Part shown: positions 1 to 11,226 of the stretch, in pieces | Position numbering within the stretch: the first letter of the stretch is position 1 | How the letters are laid out: each line of letters begins with the position of its first letter | Origin: Tubiluchus corallicola | Taxonomy: Eukaryota; Animalia; Priapulida | Direction: 5' to 3' | Assembly (NCBI GenBank): GCA_030141605.1 | Contig: JAQGDQ010001733.1 | Span: forward strand, 1 to 27,481 | Length of the DNA: 27,481 nucleotides | Program-made: the position numbers and the translations under genes | Notes under the pieces: generated by a model | Databases searched by the model: none | What the model saw: only the letters and a program-made list of their open reading frames with translations | What the model was told of the DNA's origin: nothing

Positions 1-240
1 TAAGCCCTTTTTTCATGGGTCGTTGGTTAATTCTCTGAATACTTGAACGAAGACGGTCAATATCTTCAAATAGATAAAGAATGTGTCATTTATACCAACG
101 TTGCGCATGGATTTTTTTACGCGCTAGTGATATTTGTAAAAAAATTGTATGATGTCACGCATCAGCAAGCCGCAGTTTAGTTGGAACAATGGGTTGCCAC
201 GGTGTTTGTAACGCGTAGCGTGGGAATTGGTGAAGTTGGC

Positions 241-254
241 GTTGCTATGGTAAC
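241..254. promoter_or_regulatory. RFX X-box-like palindrome
   Basis: GTTGCTATGGTAAC matches the GTTGCCATGGYAAC X-box consensus. Intronic, function untested. Confidence 0.3.
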
Positions 255-442
255 CATGTGCCGCCATTTAGGGTGAGCTAAAGAAGCACTACAAGTGTGT
301 AATTGTACTTGTTTCGCTTGCATTACAGCTGTAGCGGATTGAAATAGAAGATTTTTTTCTTTGCCTTATTATGAATTTTTTTATTTACATACACGGTTAC
401 ATGGACGACATTTGAATTTGCTAATTTCAATGGGTTTTACAG

Positions 443-684
443 GTTACGTTTTAGCTAAGACAATTCCCCGCGGAGCTCGTAACATCCGCATTCAAGAAGT
501 GAATTCTACGGAGAACTTCTTAGCCGTTGCTGCTACGAACGGGAGCTTTGTGTTGAATGGACACTGGTCAATAAAGTGGAGCGGCGAGTACGAGATCGGT
601 GGCGCTACAGTCACGTACGATCGAAACAACGGTCAAGAGGTCATCACGTCTCCCGGGCCGCTTTTGCATCCGATTTCTATTTAT
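443..684 (+). CDS. ADAMTS7/12-like gene, exon a (spacer domain); upstream exons lie outside the window
   Basis: Acceptor ttttacag|, donor |gtaagt, phase 1 in and phase 0 out. Translates as (G)YVLAKTIPRGARNIRIQEVNSTENFLAV...LNGHWSIKWSGEYEIGGATVTYDR...ITSPGPLLHPISIY, a typical ADAMTS spacer. Confidence 0.93.
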
Positions 685-906
685 GTAAGTTACATAATTC
701 ACTTCAGTGTAGTAGCTTCTTGAAGCCAAGTTCCTGGTTACAAATTTACGAATCAACCTATGATGTTCATGTTGTCGTAAACTCTTATGTCACGTTCAAT
801 CTAGCAAGTTTTCCTCTCTGACAGCAAACTTGCTAGTGTGAACTGCTTTGTCAGTTACTGTCGGTATCGCAAACTGTCCGACAGTTGCTACAAGTTGATA
901 TCCTAC

Positions 907-1467
907 GAGTTACTGTCTAGTGTGAACGCCTCAGGGAGTTACTCTCAACACTTCTCGCAGTGAATAGAGAAGCGAGTGTCAGCTTGCACTTATTGTCGGA
1001 GAGCAACTCGCAGCAAGTTTTGGTCTCTAGTCTGAACACACTTGCGAGTTACTGTCTAGTGTGAACGCCTGGTCGAGTTACTCTCGATACTTCTCACAAT
1101 AAATAAAGTGAGTGTCAGCTTGCACTTGCTGTCAGAGAGTAACTCGCAGCAACTATTGCTCCCTAGTCTGAACACACTTGGGAGTTACTATTTAATGTGA
1201 ACGTCTCGTCGAGTTACTCTTGATACTTCTTGCAGTTAATAGAGAAGTGAGTGTCAGCTTGCAGTTGCTGTAGAAGAGTAACTTGCAGCAAGTTTTGCTC
1301 TCTAGTTTGAACGCACTTGGGAGTTACTGTCTAGTGTGAATGCCTCATCGAGTTACTCTCGACACTTCTTGCAATGAATAGAAAAGTGAGTGCCAGATCG
1401 CGCTTAATGTCAAAGAGTAACTCGCAGCAAATTTTGCTCTCTAGGCTGAACACCCATGAGAGTTACT
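907..1467. repeat. ~139-bp tandem repeat, four copies
   Basis: gagttactgtctagtgtgaacgcc or a close variant starts at 907, 1046, 1182 and 1321, with a partial start at 1460. Confidence 0.9.
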
Positions 1468-3148
1468 GGGTGAGGTACTTGGTGTGAGGTGTGTGTTGCT
1501 AATTTTGATAGTAAATGGCTTGCTTGGCTTGCATTGCTGTATGTGTTTTTTCATTTCATAATCTCCTCACCCCTGTCACTTAAAATGGTTTGTACTTACC
1601 TGTTGGAGTGCTTCGTTTGCTTATGCAGAAAAAGCAATACCTGTTCTGGACAGTTGAGTTGATACTTTTCACTGGTACAGACGTTAGTTGTTGGTCTGAC
1701 CAGTGGGCATGTTCCAGCATACCTGTAGTTAACGTATTTGTCTGGAAAGGCTCGTACACGATCTGTGATGTAACTTCTTTACCATGGAGAGCTGAGCTAA
1801 GTGTTGTTTTGGCCAAAAGGACAGTGTTCCTGTTGTATAGCCTGTCTTTCTCAGTCTCGTTGCTGTTGCATGGTTTGAAGAGCTGGTCAAGCCAGAGAAG
1901 TGTGATGTTATTCCATTCCAGTCAGCTGTTGGTACGTTCGTGTTGTAGACAAAGAGGGTTGCTGGAAGCTGTTGATTAGCTGCCGTCATCTGCATTGTTA
2001 TGGCTCATGGAGGATTGTCATGTTGCCGGCGTCAGCGTTGTTATTGTGGGACGATCATCAAGTTGTGCACAATATCGTGATGAACATTCAGATAAGTAAT
2101 GCGCATTCATTTTCCTATCCTCATCTTTCCTTGGGGGTTTACACAGCAAGCCACTAGTAGTAATTTTGAGCTCTTATTGTTGACTTGTTGTTGAACTCTT
2201 CTTTTGTAATAATTATAGCTTTAAAATTTATGTTTCATCTTGTTTTGTTTTTAACTAAACAGCCTTAAAAACAACAGACGAACCCGTGAAAATACATGTA
2301 GTATATTTTCCTGATCATTATATAACAATTATGAATGCATTAGCCCTCAAAACGTTAGAATGGTGGCAGTAGTTATTTTGTTTTAAACCAAATAACCGTC
2401 GGCACGTTACACTTGGTGAGAAAACGAAAACGTACCAGTCTAAATGTGAGTTAATGACAATTTTTTGAGTCTGCATTTGAACGTTTGTGTCATTTTCTTT
2501 TGCTGATGGTACCATCCTGACTCTAAAGCAGAGGTGGAAAAAAAATTGCGTGCAGAAAAGGGCATGATATGTAAATAAATGTAAAATTGTAAATTAAGTA
2601 AAACTGATACGACTAGAATTCTCTTAAGTCATGGATTCAGCTACCGAATTGGTCTTTCATTTTTGTCGTAATAAGCCTTTTCACAGTTTCGTCACAGTTG
2701 TAGGTCAAGGTTTAAGTGTACGCAGCAACACATCTTAACTACAACCGTCATATGACATTTGGGTAAGACAAAGCCGTCTGCTGTATCAGTTCAGTAACTT
2801 CGGTTGTTTCACGTGGAAATCACTTAATCATTCATCGGTCTGTGCGTTGGGTGATTTACTAGCAGGTTCTTGCTTGGGAACAAGAAAAAATGAAGTAGGT
2901 AAGTTTCTAGGTGACTATTAAAACTGTTACCGTTACAACAGCATGTCAAGTGTACACAAATGCGTTGTCTGGTACAATTAACCTTTGACCTTTGCACGAT
3001 CATCATTACTTTGGAACTGTGAAACGACTCATTGCTGTGGATATTTATTATATTTTTAAGATAATGAGTGACTTTTAAAAAAACCTCTATTTTCAGATTG
3101 ACGCTGCATTATTATAAACCACGTAATTAAAAATTTCCTATTTGGCAG

Positions 3149-3284
3149 GTACTTTATCAATCTAATAATCTGGGGGTTGTATTTCAATATACTGTTCCCT
3201 TAAGCAATGCTAGTTCCAAGCGAATTCCGGAGTTTTCCTGGAGCTATTCGGACTGGTCCGTCTGTAGCAAGATTTGCGGGAGAG
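3149..3284 (+). CDS. ADAMTS7/12-like gene, exon b (end of spacer, start of TSP1 repeat)
   Basis: Acceptor tttggcag|, donor |gtaact, phase 0 to 1. Translates as VLYQSNNLGVVFQYTVPLSNASSKRIPEFSWSYSDWSVCSKICGR(G), with the WxxxxWSxCSxxCG motif. Missed by the ORF track. Confidence 0.93.
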
Positions 3285-3787
3285 GTAACTGTTGTTTTGT
3301 CGTTCGCTCTCTTACTTGTTTCTTTCTTTGCTTCTTTGATCCCTCGATGATTCCTTCTATTGCTTCACTTGTTTATTTAATCATTCATTCATGCATTTAT
3401 TCATTCACACGTTCATCTGTTTATTTGCTTTTTTGTTTATTCGCTCATATTTACTTATTCTCCGACTTCCATGCGCATTTGTTTGTAAACATAATTATGA
3501 TTGGTATGCATGCGAGTAATGCTAGTACACCACAAGTGCTTTATAAAATTGATCTTTATATGTAAGTGACATTAAGAGCGTTTTTCTTGCTTTTACAACA
3601 ATGTGGTTGTTTTCTGATAATAAAAATGCTTTTGGAAAGAAAACAGCAGCTAAGAAGCAGTCGTTCACTACATATGTTAGTGGTAGATTTATAAAAAAAC
3701 TTAAGAAATAAAAAGATTGGATTTCGTTCTTTGGGATCTAAAAAACATGAAATTTTGTTTTTAAAATGACACTGTGCCAAGTGCTCG

Positions 3788-4073
3788 GTTGCCATGACTA
3801 CCCGATTGAGGTTACGTTTGTTGCCCTGACTACCTGAACGAGGTTATGCTTGTTGCTATGACTACCCGAATGAGGTTACGCTTGTTGCCATGGTTACCTG
3901 AATGATGTTACACTTGTTGCCATGACTACCTGAATGAGGTTACGTTTGTTGACCTGACTACCTGAACGAGGTTATGCTTGTTGCTATGACTACCCGAAAG
4001 ATGTTACACTTGTTGCCATGACTACCTGAATGAGGTTACACTTGTTGCCATGACTACCCGAATGAGGTTACGC
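3788..4073. repeat. 32-bp minisatellite, ~9 copies
   Basis: Unit gttgccatgactacc(c/t)gaatgaggttac(a/g)ctt with period 32 (3788, 3820, ...). Confidence 0.95.
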
Positions 4074-4099
4074 TCACTGTTTATTATTTATTTCGTTAG

Positions 4100-4226
4100 G
4101 CGTTCAGCAGAAAGCAGTTCTGTGTACGGAACGAATAGCCGGCATTGTTGAAGCCACGCATTGTGATGCAGGTGTGAAGCCAGAGCCAGTGAAGAAGTTA
4201 TGTAATACTCATAACTGTCCACCCAG
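4100..4226 (+). CDS. ADAMTS7/12-like gene, exon c (TSP1 repeat)
   Basis: Acceptor ttcgttag|, donor |gtaaat, phase 1 to 2. Translates as (G)VQQKAVLCTERIAGIVEATHCDAGVKPEPVKKLCNTHNCPP(R). Confidence 0.93.
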
Positions 4227-4849
4227 GTAAATGAATGTTTTTGTATAAGCAAGTGAATTAAACATAGGCGCGAACAGAGCAGCTATATGGTAAGAAGGTG
4301 TGCTTTGAAAGTTACGCAGCACTGATCGTGCTTAATAAGTAGTCAGGTGGCTGCTACCGAAGCTAATTTCTGTCACAGAATTGCTGCAGCATTGCTACGA
4401 ATTTTCCACGCGTCTTGTTGATGACATTGAAAAAGCACGAAAGGCAATATTAAGATTTGAACTCACGACTGTCATGTAACAGGCCTTAAATAGTTCATAG
4501 TTCACGTCTTTTATTATAATATACAGTCACATAACTTCACACAGACATAAATATAACATTTTCTCACTTACAATACCCTCCATCTATTTAATTTCCCATT
4601 ATACTTTTGACTGTATACATTATATGCAGCTAGAATTTATCACAGCAATATAACAGATTTTCTGCAAAGCAGATTATTTCTGCAAGATAAGTACAGAAAG
4701 CAAAAAAAAACTGAAAAAAACAAAAGTTTGCACTCCTCAGCACATAATTATGAATGTTTTTGGTAAACAAGCATATTTTAGTATGTTTTTGTATGTCAAT
4801 TAAATATGACGATGATCCCTACACAAAACGTAAGACAACAATTGTTTGT

Positions 4850-5200
4850 GAAAATAGTACGGCGGCGTGAATTATTACAGACATTCGTAAATATGATCAC
4901 ATCACTCCTGTTCTCATGCAGTTACACTGGTTGCCCGTTTCTTTCAGAATAAAATAAAAAATTCTCTTATTAACATTTAAAGCTCTGAATGATTTAGCGC
5001 CTTCCTATATATCTGATTTTTTGAAGCCAATACGTGCCAAATCGCAATCTTAGATCAATTAATTCATCGACACTCGTTGTACCGCGTTATAATCTAGTCA
5101 CATGTGGTTCTCGTAGTTTTAGCGTAGCGGCAGCAAAATTGTAGAATGATTTACCAATTCATGCACGTAAAAATCAATAATGTTCAAAAGTTCAACTTTA
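4850..5200 (+). mobile_element. Degenerate 3' fragment of a non-LTR retrotransposon (L2/Crack-type LINE ORF2 C-terminus)
   Basis: Translates as RKYDHITPVLMQLHWLPVSFRIK*KILLLTFKALNDLAPSYISDFL, then after a frameshift RNLRS...LVVPR...GSRSFSVAAAKL*NDLP. These are typical post-RT motifs of L2-clade LINEs, here with stops. Confidence 0.88.
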
Positions 5201-5391
5201 ACTACCACGGCTTAAATTATTGCTTAACAACTCTAAGTAAAGAATACGCTAGCCATGTGATATTAAAATAATTCAATAAATTTGAGGCATGTAGCACGTT
5301 GGCATAGAAAACTAGTCCTGCATAAATACATTACCAGCTTGGAATAACTGTCAATTATTATTTTAAGCAAAGTTTTAGAAATTTATCTGTA

Positions 5392-5725
5392 CACTCGACC
5401 CTCGGTAAACCGGACCCCGTTAGCCCGGATAAGACGGACGTCATCCGTGGAAAAGGAAACTGACCGATTTCCGTCCGAGCCGGAGCGCTAAACACAACAC
5501 GGCCTACCAACAGTACAATAATTTCTTTATCCTCACAGGTTAACTATTTTAAAGTAATATACAGTATAGTATATAGTGCAATGTATATAGTGCAATGTAT
5601 GTAGGCCTTATTTAGGTGATTATTCCTGTATAATATAGCCCATATATAGGCATATCGGATAAATCGGACAATCGGCTAAACCGGACCCCCCCCCCCAATT
5701 AGTCCTGTTTAACGAGGGTTGACTG
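5392..5725. mobile_element. Tc1/mariner (pogo/Tigger-like) MITE, 334 bp
   Basis: TIRs cactcgaccctcggtaaaccggac and gtcctgtttaacgagggttgactg (20/24), with TA on both flanks. Confidence 0.85.
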
Positions 5726-6770
5726 TACATAGTTTTGCCAAGTACATTATTGTCATCTATAAGTTATAAGGGTACTTATAAAGGAATTATTCAAGGTAAA
5801 GTAGTCTCGGAAGCTACCAAGTTTTACCTGTACATCGCCATGACATTCAACCTCACATATTTAATTTATATAAATTGATGCAGTTTCATTTAACGCAAAA
5901 CCGGATCAATTTCTCAAACTGTAAGTGAAAAGAATCTACTCTGTAAAATAAGGAAACATACTTTTTTTCAAAAATGACTAATGTAAAAGAATTAATGCCA
6001 CTCAAATGCAATTGAATGTTCGCGCCACTAGTTCTTTGCGGTTACATGCATTTTGCCATTTGCTAATTAGACGGGCACTAGCGCCTGCATTTTGGAAACA
6101 CATTGCACGAAAAACAGGTGCTGTACCTCTCCATTCAGATGTGTTTGTTTGTGACGAACTGCACACATTTTACAGCTCATGTATGAGCACAACTGTAAAT
6201 TTGAAACTTGATTTTTTTCTTCTTAAAACTTGCAAACTTGCATAACACACTGAATATCTTACTGTAGCACTGTTCTTCAATTTTCTCTTTTGCAAACACG
6301 TGTAAAACGTCGTGGAATATTTTTGCTGTTGAACATTTTGTTAGTTTGTGATGTCATCAATAGTTGCACTCACCTGCTGTTAATTAAGTTTTTAATCTAT
6401 TATTTAATTATCAGAAATGCTTTTGCAGTATTAATGTATACTTTTTATGGGACTTAAAATGGGGTAGTATATGAAAAAGACAAAAGGTAGCACTTTTACT
6501 ACAGACACAATTCATCTGATCAGTGAGCTAAAATGTTAAATAGTTGTGCCTTGCAGACTTCACTGACCTCTTTGCAGTATACGGTGGCTTTTTAGGGTCA
6601 TAGCAAAAAGAAAATAAAGTTATTAACTTGAAATTTAAGACTTTGTATCGAGTTGTTGAGAATCAAGAATTTTCAAGTTATTAAATCAAGATTGCCCCTA
6701 ACAAGCTACCGTAGAGACATGCATGCTCTAGCAAATATTTTTTGTCTCGTCTCATAAATTGGGATTTGGG

Positions 6771-7338
6771 TGTGCTTGCATAGCAAAATCGTCGAAAACT
6801 CGGCAGTTAAACTTTTCTAGCTCTTCACACATCCTGAATCTCCATTTCATGAGGATCATTTTGATACCAAGTTCATTACTCTATGTTATTTCTAAGCTGA
6901 GATAATCCACGTTGAAGTTGAGGTGCAGGCTGCACACTGAAAAACATAATCTTGAGAAAATCGCTGTTAAAGTTAGTCATTGTTTTTTGTTGAGTCTCTA
7001 CATAACACTTAGCAACCGTACGAAAGTGCGGTTGCTATGGACTTTACAAGAGCAAATTGAAGTTATATTTAAATCCAGTAGATGGCTTTAAATTTTTTGC
7101 AATTGCAGTACTAGTTTCTAGTCAGAAAAGTTGGCACAGAGTTATAAAATTAATTTTTTAGTATTCTTTGGACATTTTCTTGATAATTTGATGCTGGAAT
7201 ATAAAAGTCCAATATATTTAGCATTTCTTTAATAAAAAAACGTAAGACCAAAATTTTGGTGCTTTCTACTTTGAGACATCATAACGTAGTTTTAACTATG
7301 CCGACTTCTGGAGTGTTTTGGCTTGCAAGTATACATTT
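6771..7338. mobile_element. Non-autonomous TIR DNA element (possibly Kolobok-like), copy 1
   Basis: Reverse-complement homologue of 11306-11886 over most of its length, with imperfect TIRs (tgtgcttgcatagcaaaatcgtc ... gttttggcttgcaagtataca). Confidence 0.75.
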
Positions 7339-7356
7339 CTTTGCTTTCATTGCTAG

Positions 7357-7573
7357 GTGGCTGGAAGGTCCTTGGCAACACTGCTCAAATTCTTGCGGCT
7401 CGGATGGAGTGATACGTCGATCTGTAATCTGTGTGCAGGAACGTGGCACTGACACCAAAATTGCTTTGTCGGACAGTTACTGCCATCAGTCCTCAAAACC
7501 GGAGGAGACAAAAGAATGTGGCGCGATGCCTCCATGTCCTCCAGAGTGGATAACCGGACCGTGGATGAGCGAG
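7357..7573 (+). CDS. ADAMTS7/12-like gene, exon d (TSP1 repeat)
   Basis: Acceptor cattgctag|, donor |gtgcga, phase 2 to 0. Translates as (R)WLEGPWQHCSNSCGSDGVIRRSVICVQ...CPPEWITGPWMSE. Confidence 0.92.
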
Positions 7574-7938
7574 GTGCGATATAATGAGATGTAGATGTTA
7601 TCGAAAATTTAGATTTAAACTCGGAGTTTTTTCTGAGTTTTAATGCCAAATAGCTTAAAATGAGAGAGTCTATCCTGGTGAGATTTGTAACTCAAATCTA
7701 ACTGTTTCCGTGGGTACCCGATTGTTAAGATTCAGCGACAGTGAAAAAATTGTAACGATTTATATTCGTAAATAAAAACAACCACTGGTACATTTTAACT
7801 AACTGCACTGTTATGTCAACAACAAGCATTCATTTATTACACCCTGAAAGCTTGAACACACAAAGCTGTAAGTCATAAAAGTTACTGTTTTCCCACGAGG
7901 CATTTGAGTGAGTTTTTATCTGCCAGACATTTTAATTA

Positions 7939-8394
7939 CAGTGTTCCCTCGCTACTTCGCGGTTCGTTTATCGCGGACTCGCTGTTTCGCGGGTTTTTGC
8001 GGTACCCCGTCTAAAGTATTTTTGCAGATGCGTAGTATATATTGTACAGTAATGTATAGATTTGATGAATTTTGCATAAAAAAATCACAAAACGTATAGA
8101 AATATATTAAAAATATTAATTCTAACATTAAAGGAATATGATAAATCGTAAAAAATTACCATTTACAGTAAATAGTGTATTTATTCAGCGGATGAGTGCA
8201 CACCAGAAACGGCATGTAGTACTTGCACCCGCTTGAGATGTGGAAAAGGGTTATGTATAAGAGTTTGGGGAGGGTTTATAAAAACTTAAAATAATGTATA
8301 ACTACTAAAATAAGTGTAGTGCCCCTACTTCGCGGAAATTCACTTATCGTGTGTGGCCTGGAACGGAACACCCGCGATAAGTGAGGGAACACTG
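7939..8394. mobile_element. Tc1/mariner (Tigger-like) MITE, 456 bp
   Basis: TIRs cagtgttccctcgctacttcgcgg and ccgcgataagtgagggaacactg, with a TA target duplication. Confidence 0.88.
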
Positions 8395-8987
8395 TACTGT
8401 ATTTCATTTTTCGCTTTGTCAATGAGTCAGCCCAAGTACTGTACTGAGTACTAATAATACAGCATAGTGATTAGCCGAATAAAATAATCTATATTATCCT
8501 TTTTGTACTGTTGTTAAACTTAACAAATTTATTCGTATTTTTGTAACTGCGGTGAATTAAGTTTTCAAGGGATAATAAAGCAAGATAATAAAGATACTTA
8601 ACTGCTTGGTAAAGAAATCCTAGTTTATTTTTTGTAAGTCACCCCTGCGGTAAAAAGTTTGGGTAATAAACAATAATGTGGGTGCCTGAAGGAAACATTA
8701 GTGTTCGCAAAACCGAGAAACCATGTCACAATGGAAGCTTGAGTAATTCTTGCCTTAGCGAAAGTATCATCATGACAGACGAAACTTCTCGGAATAAGTA
8801 TTGAACCCTGACCCTTCAAGAGCCTCGCTTTTTCTTAGCTTCGGTGATGAAGCAGGCATTGTGACCACTCAGTTATACAACGCACATTGTTGTATTGATT
8901 TCTATGGTCAGTCAAAGAAATTATTCTGCATTTTGCAATGACTGATGAATTTAGCTCTTTCTTGTTAACTACACTTAGTTTAGAAAT

Positions 8988-9314
8988 TATTTTCTAATCA
9001 ATTATTATTAAGTTTTTTAACCCATTATTATGAGACTTTCTAACCAATTATTATTAGATTTTCTAACCATTTATTATTAGATTTTCAAACCATTTATTAT
9101 TAGATTTTTTAACTAAATATTATTAGATTTTCTAACCAATTATTATTAGATTTTCTAACCAATTATTATTAGGTTTTCTGACCAATTATTATTAGGTTTT
9201 CTGACCAATTATTATTAAGTTTTCTAACCAATTATTATTAAGTTTTCTAACCAATTATGAGACTTTCTAACCAATTATGAGACTTTCTAACCAATTATTA
9301 TTAAATTTTCTAAC
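8988..9314. repeat. 23-bp (some 20-bp) AT-rich minisatellite, ~14 copies
   Basis: Unit attttctaaccaattattattag. Confidence 0.93.
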
Positions 9315-9333
9315 AGTGTGGCTTGTTTTTCAG

Positions 9334-9486
9334 TCGTGTTTAAGGAATCCATGTGGGCAAGAAACTCGCACTGTTGTCTGCACTCATTCCAACGCCACCT
9401 GTAATGACACGACAAAACCGAATACTCAACGCGTTTGCAACTCTTCCATTATTTGTGGAGAGTGGGAGGTATCTAAATGGTCTCAG
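9334..9486 (+). CDS. ADAMTS7/12-like gene, exon e (atypical TSP1 repeat)
   Basis: Acceptor gtttttcag|, donor |gtaatc, phase 0 to 0. Translates as SCLRNPCGQETRTVVCTHSNATCNDTTKPNTQRVCNSSIICGEWEVSKWSQ. Confidence 0.9.
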
Positions 9487-9822
9487 GTAATCAACTGTAA
9501 AAATTGAGTGTTTTTATATGGGAATCGCCACGGAAAAGTAGAATTCGTGTAATTAATTTTGTCAAACATAGTGTGTGTTAATGTTCTTCTTGAAGCGGGT
9601 GAGGCTTTCTGGTAAAAAATTCCGCATGTAAGAAGCCAAACGGAAAAAATGGATTTTTAAGGAGCTGCTCTGCATCTAGGAGTCCACTATAAGACTGTGA
9701 GAAGCAGCAGAGACACAAGTACTGATGGGTATGGGGTGGGGAGTGAACGAACTGTCAGCATTTAAGAAGCAATAACTACATGTCCTGAGAAATTATGAAA
9801 GCCCTGCATTCAATTGTACATA

Positions 9823-10422
9823 CAGTCTAGCCTCATTATCTCGCCACTGTCCATTTAGGGCAAACTTTTGGCGAGAGGCGAGTATGGCGAGATAACAGGA
9901 ATATAACGAAGTTAGTCTGTATGTATATACATAATAGTTGATTAACATAGTGTTCCTCTATGTACATATAAAATATATTTCGCATTATGATACCAATCAA
10001 CATTAAATCAGAAATGAAAAAATGTCATAAAAATAATCTTAGAATGTTACTTTTTTATTTAAAAAACCTTTTTGGGTATTTCGCATTAACCAACCACAGC
10101 ACTCCTAATCTAATCCTGGTGAGACACACGCTAGATTAATTATGTCTGTCTATCGAGTACAGCAGCATTGTCTACATACCGCGGTTATATTGATCGACAC
10201 GCGCTATATGTATTGATCGATTGACCTCTGAGTTTGTCTGTTTGGCGACATAACGAATATAGTTTACATAAGCACTCATCCTAGCATGATGTGAAGAGGG
10301 CGAGAAGCGATGGTGGCGACTTAACGAGGTAAATATCAAAGCAGGAAATCCGTCCTGGTACTTTCTGTGGCGAGAGACGAGTTTGGCGGCATCACGAGGG
10401 GCGAGATAACGAGGCTAGACTG
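9823..10422. mobile_element. Tc1/mariner (pogo-like) MITE, 600 bp
   Basis: TIRs cagtctagcctcattatctcgcc and ggcgagataacgaggctagactg (22/23), TA flanks, and internal ggcga(g/c)ataacga-like subterminal repeats. Confidence 0.9.
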
Positions 10423-10493
10423 TACATAATTGGGTGAGTTTTTCTGTAGTAACTTGCGTATGGCTTATCAGTGTCACTCTGTTTATGTTTCAG

Positions 10494-10665
10494 TGTTCCG
10501 TGAGTTGCGATCATGGGGTGCAGATGCGCAAGGTTACGTGCAAGAACGGAGTCGCTTGCGACGTGGACACGCAACCCAGCGCGTCACGTCCTTGTAGTCT
10601 TAAGCAATGCAAGAAATCTGCTGACTTGAATAATGAGGCTGGCACGAGTTCGCTATCAACTCCAG
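10494..10665 (+). CDS. ADAMTS7/12-like gene, exon f (TSP1 repeat and linker)
   Basis: Acceptor atgtttcag|, donor |gtaagt, phase 0 to 1. Translates as CSVSCDHGVQMRKVTCKNGVACDVDTQPSASRPCSLKQC...STP(G). Confidence 0.93.
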
Positions 10666-11107
10666 GTAAGTGTCAGTAATAGATGATTTTAATACACGAG
10701 TTTTGAGAATGTGCACTTGGCAGCATGCTCAATACTTGTTTTAGAACCACTATTTAGAATATGCGCAAGTGTTTTGTTACTGAATAAATATTTAGTAGCT
10801 ATAGGTAATGTTCAATGTTTTTTTAACATATTTTATAATAAGTAAGATATCAGACGTAATAATATATTAACTGGCAAAGGCTGTTAGAATGTGAGAACCC
10901 TGGCAGAAGTGTCTGAGCATCTTCACGTGAAAGCTAAACAGCCAATGGCAGCAGTTTTCCCGCTGTTCACTCTTCCATCTACTAAGCGACCTCATTGTTG
11001 CTTGTATGGGTTGCTAGGCGCACACTCTGATAACTCCTGCTGTTCACTTCTTGCTGTGCGAACGGTTACGGCTTTGTCACAATATTTATTATTTTGCAAT
11101 TTTACAG

Positions 11108-11226
11108 GCTGTGTCGATGTACTCGGAAGGTCGATATGCAACGCTCTAAGGCACATGTGCGGGACACATTACATTCACACTAAATGCTGCCGCTCGTGCA
11201 GTGGGAAAGCCTCGTCAAAACAATGA
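11108..11226 (+). CDS. ADAMTS7/12-like gene, last coding exon (PLAC domain, stop)
   Basis: Acceptor ttttacag|, phase 1. Translates as (G)CVDVLGRSICNALRHMCGTHYIHTKCCRSCSGKASSKQ*, a six-cysteine PLAC pattern ending in CCxxC. Confidence 0.92.

Noticed and set aside
361-442. N-terminal part of ORF 361-723, and similar extensions of ORFs 7256, 9277, 10434 and 10891
   Set aside because: These are intronic read-through beyond clear splice sites. Only the exon cores have ADAMTS similarity.
4300-4490. Harbinger-like end (catgtaacaggccttaa)
   Set aside because: No matching opposite TIR could be found by eye.
8640-8870. Hammerhead-like motif (ccgagaa...cgaaacttctcgg)
   Set aside because: There is no correctly placed CUGANGA core or NUH cleavage triplet.
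9317-9333. Upstream alternative acceptor (ctaacag|) as the start of exon e
   Set aside because: It adds 17 nt and shifts the TSP1 frame.
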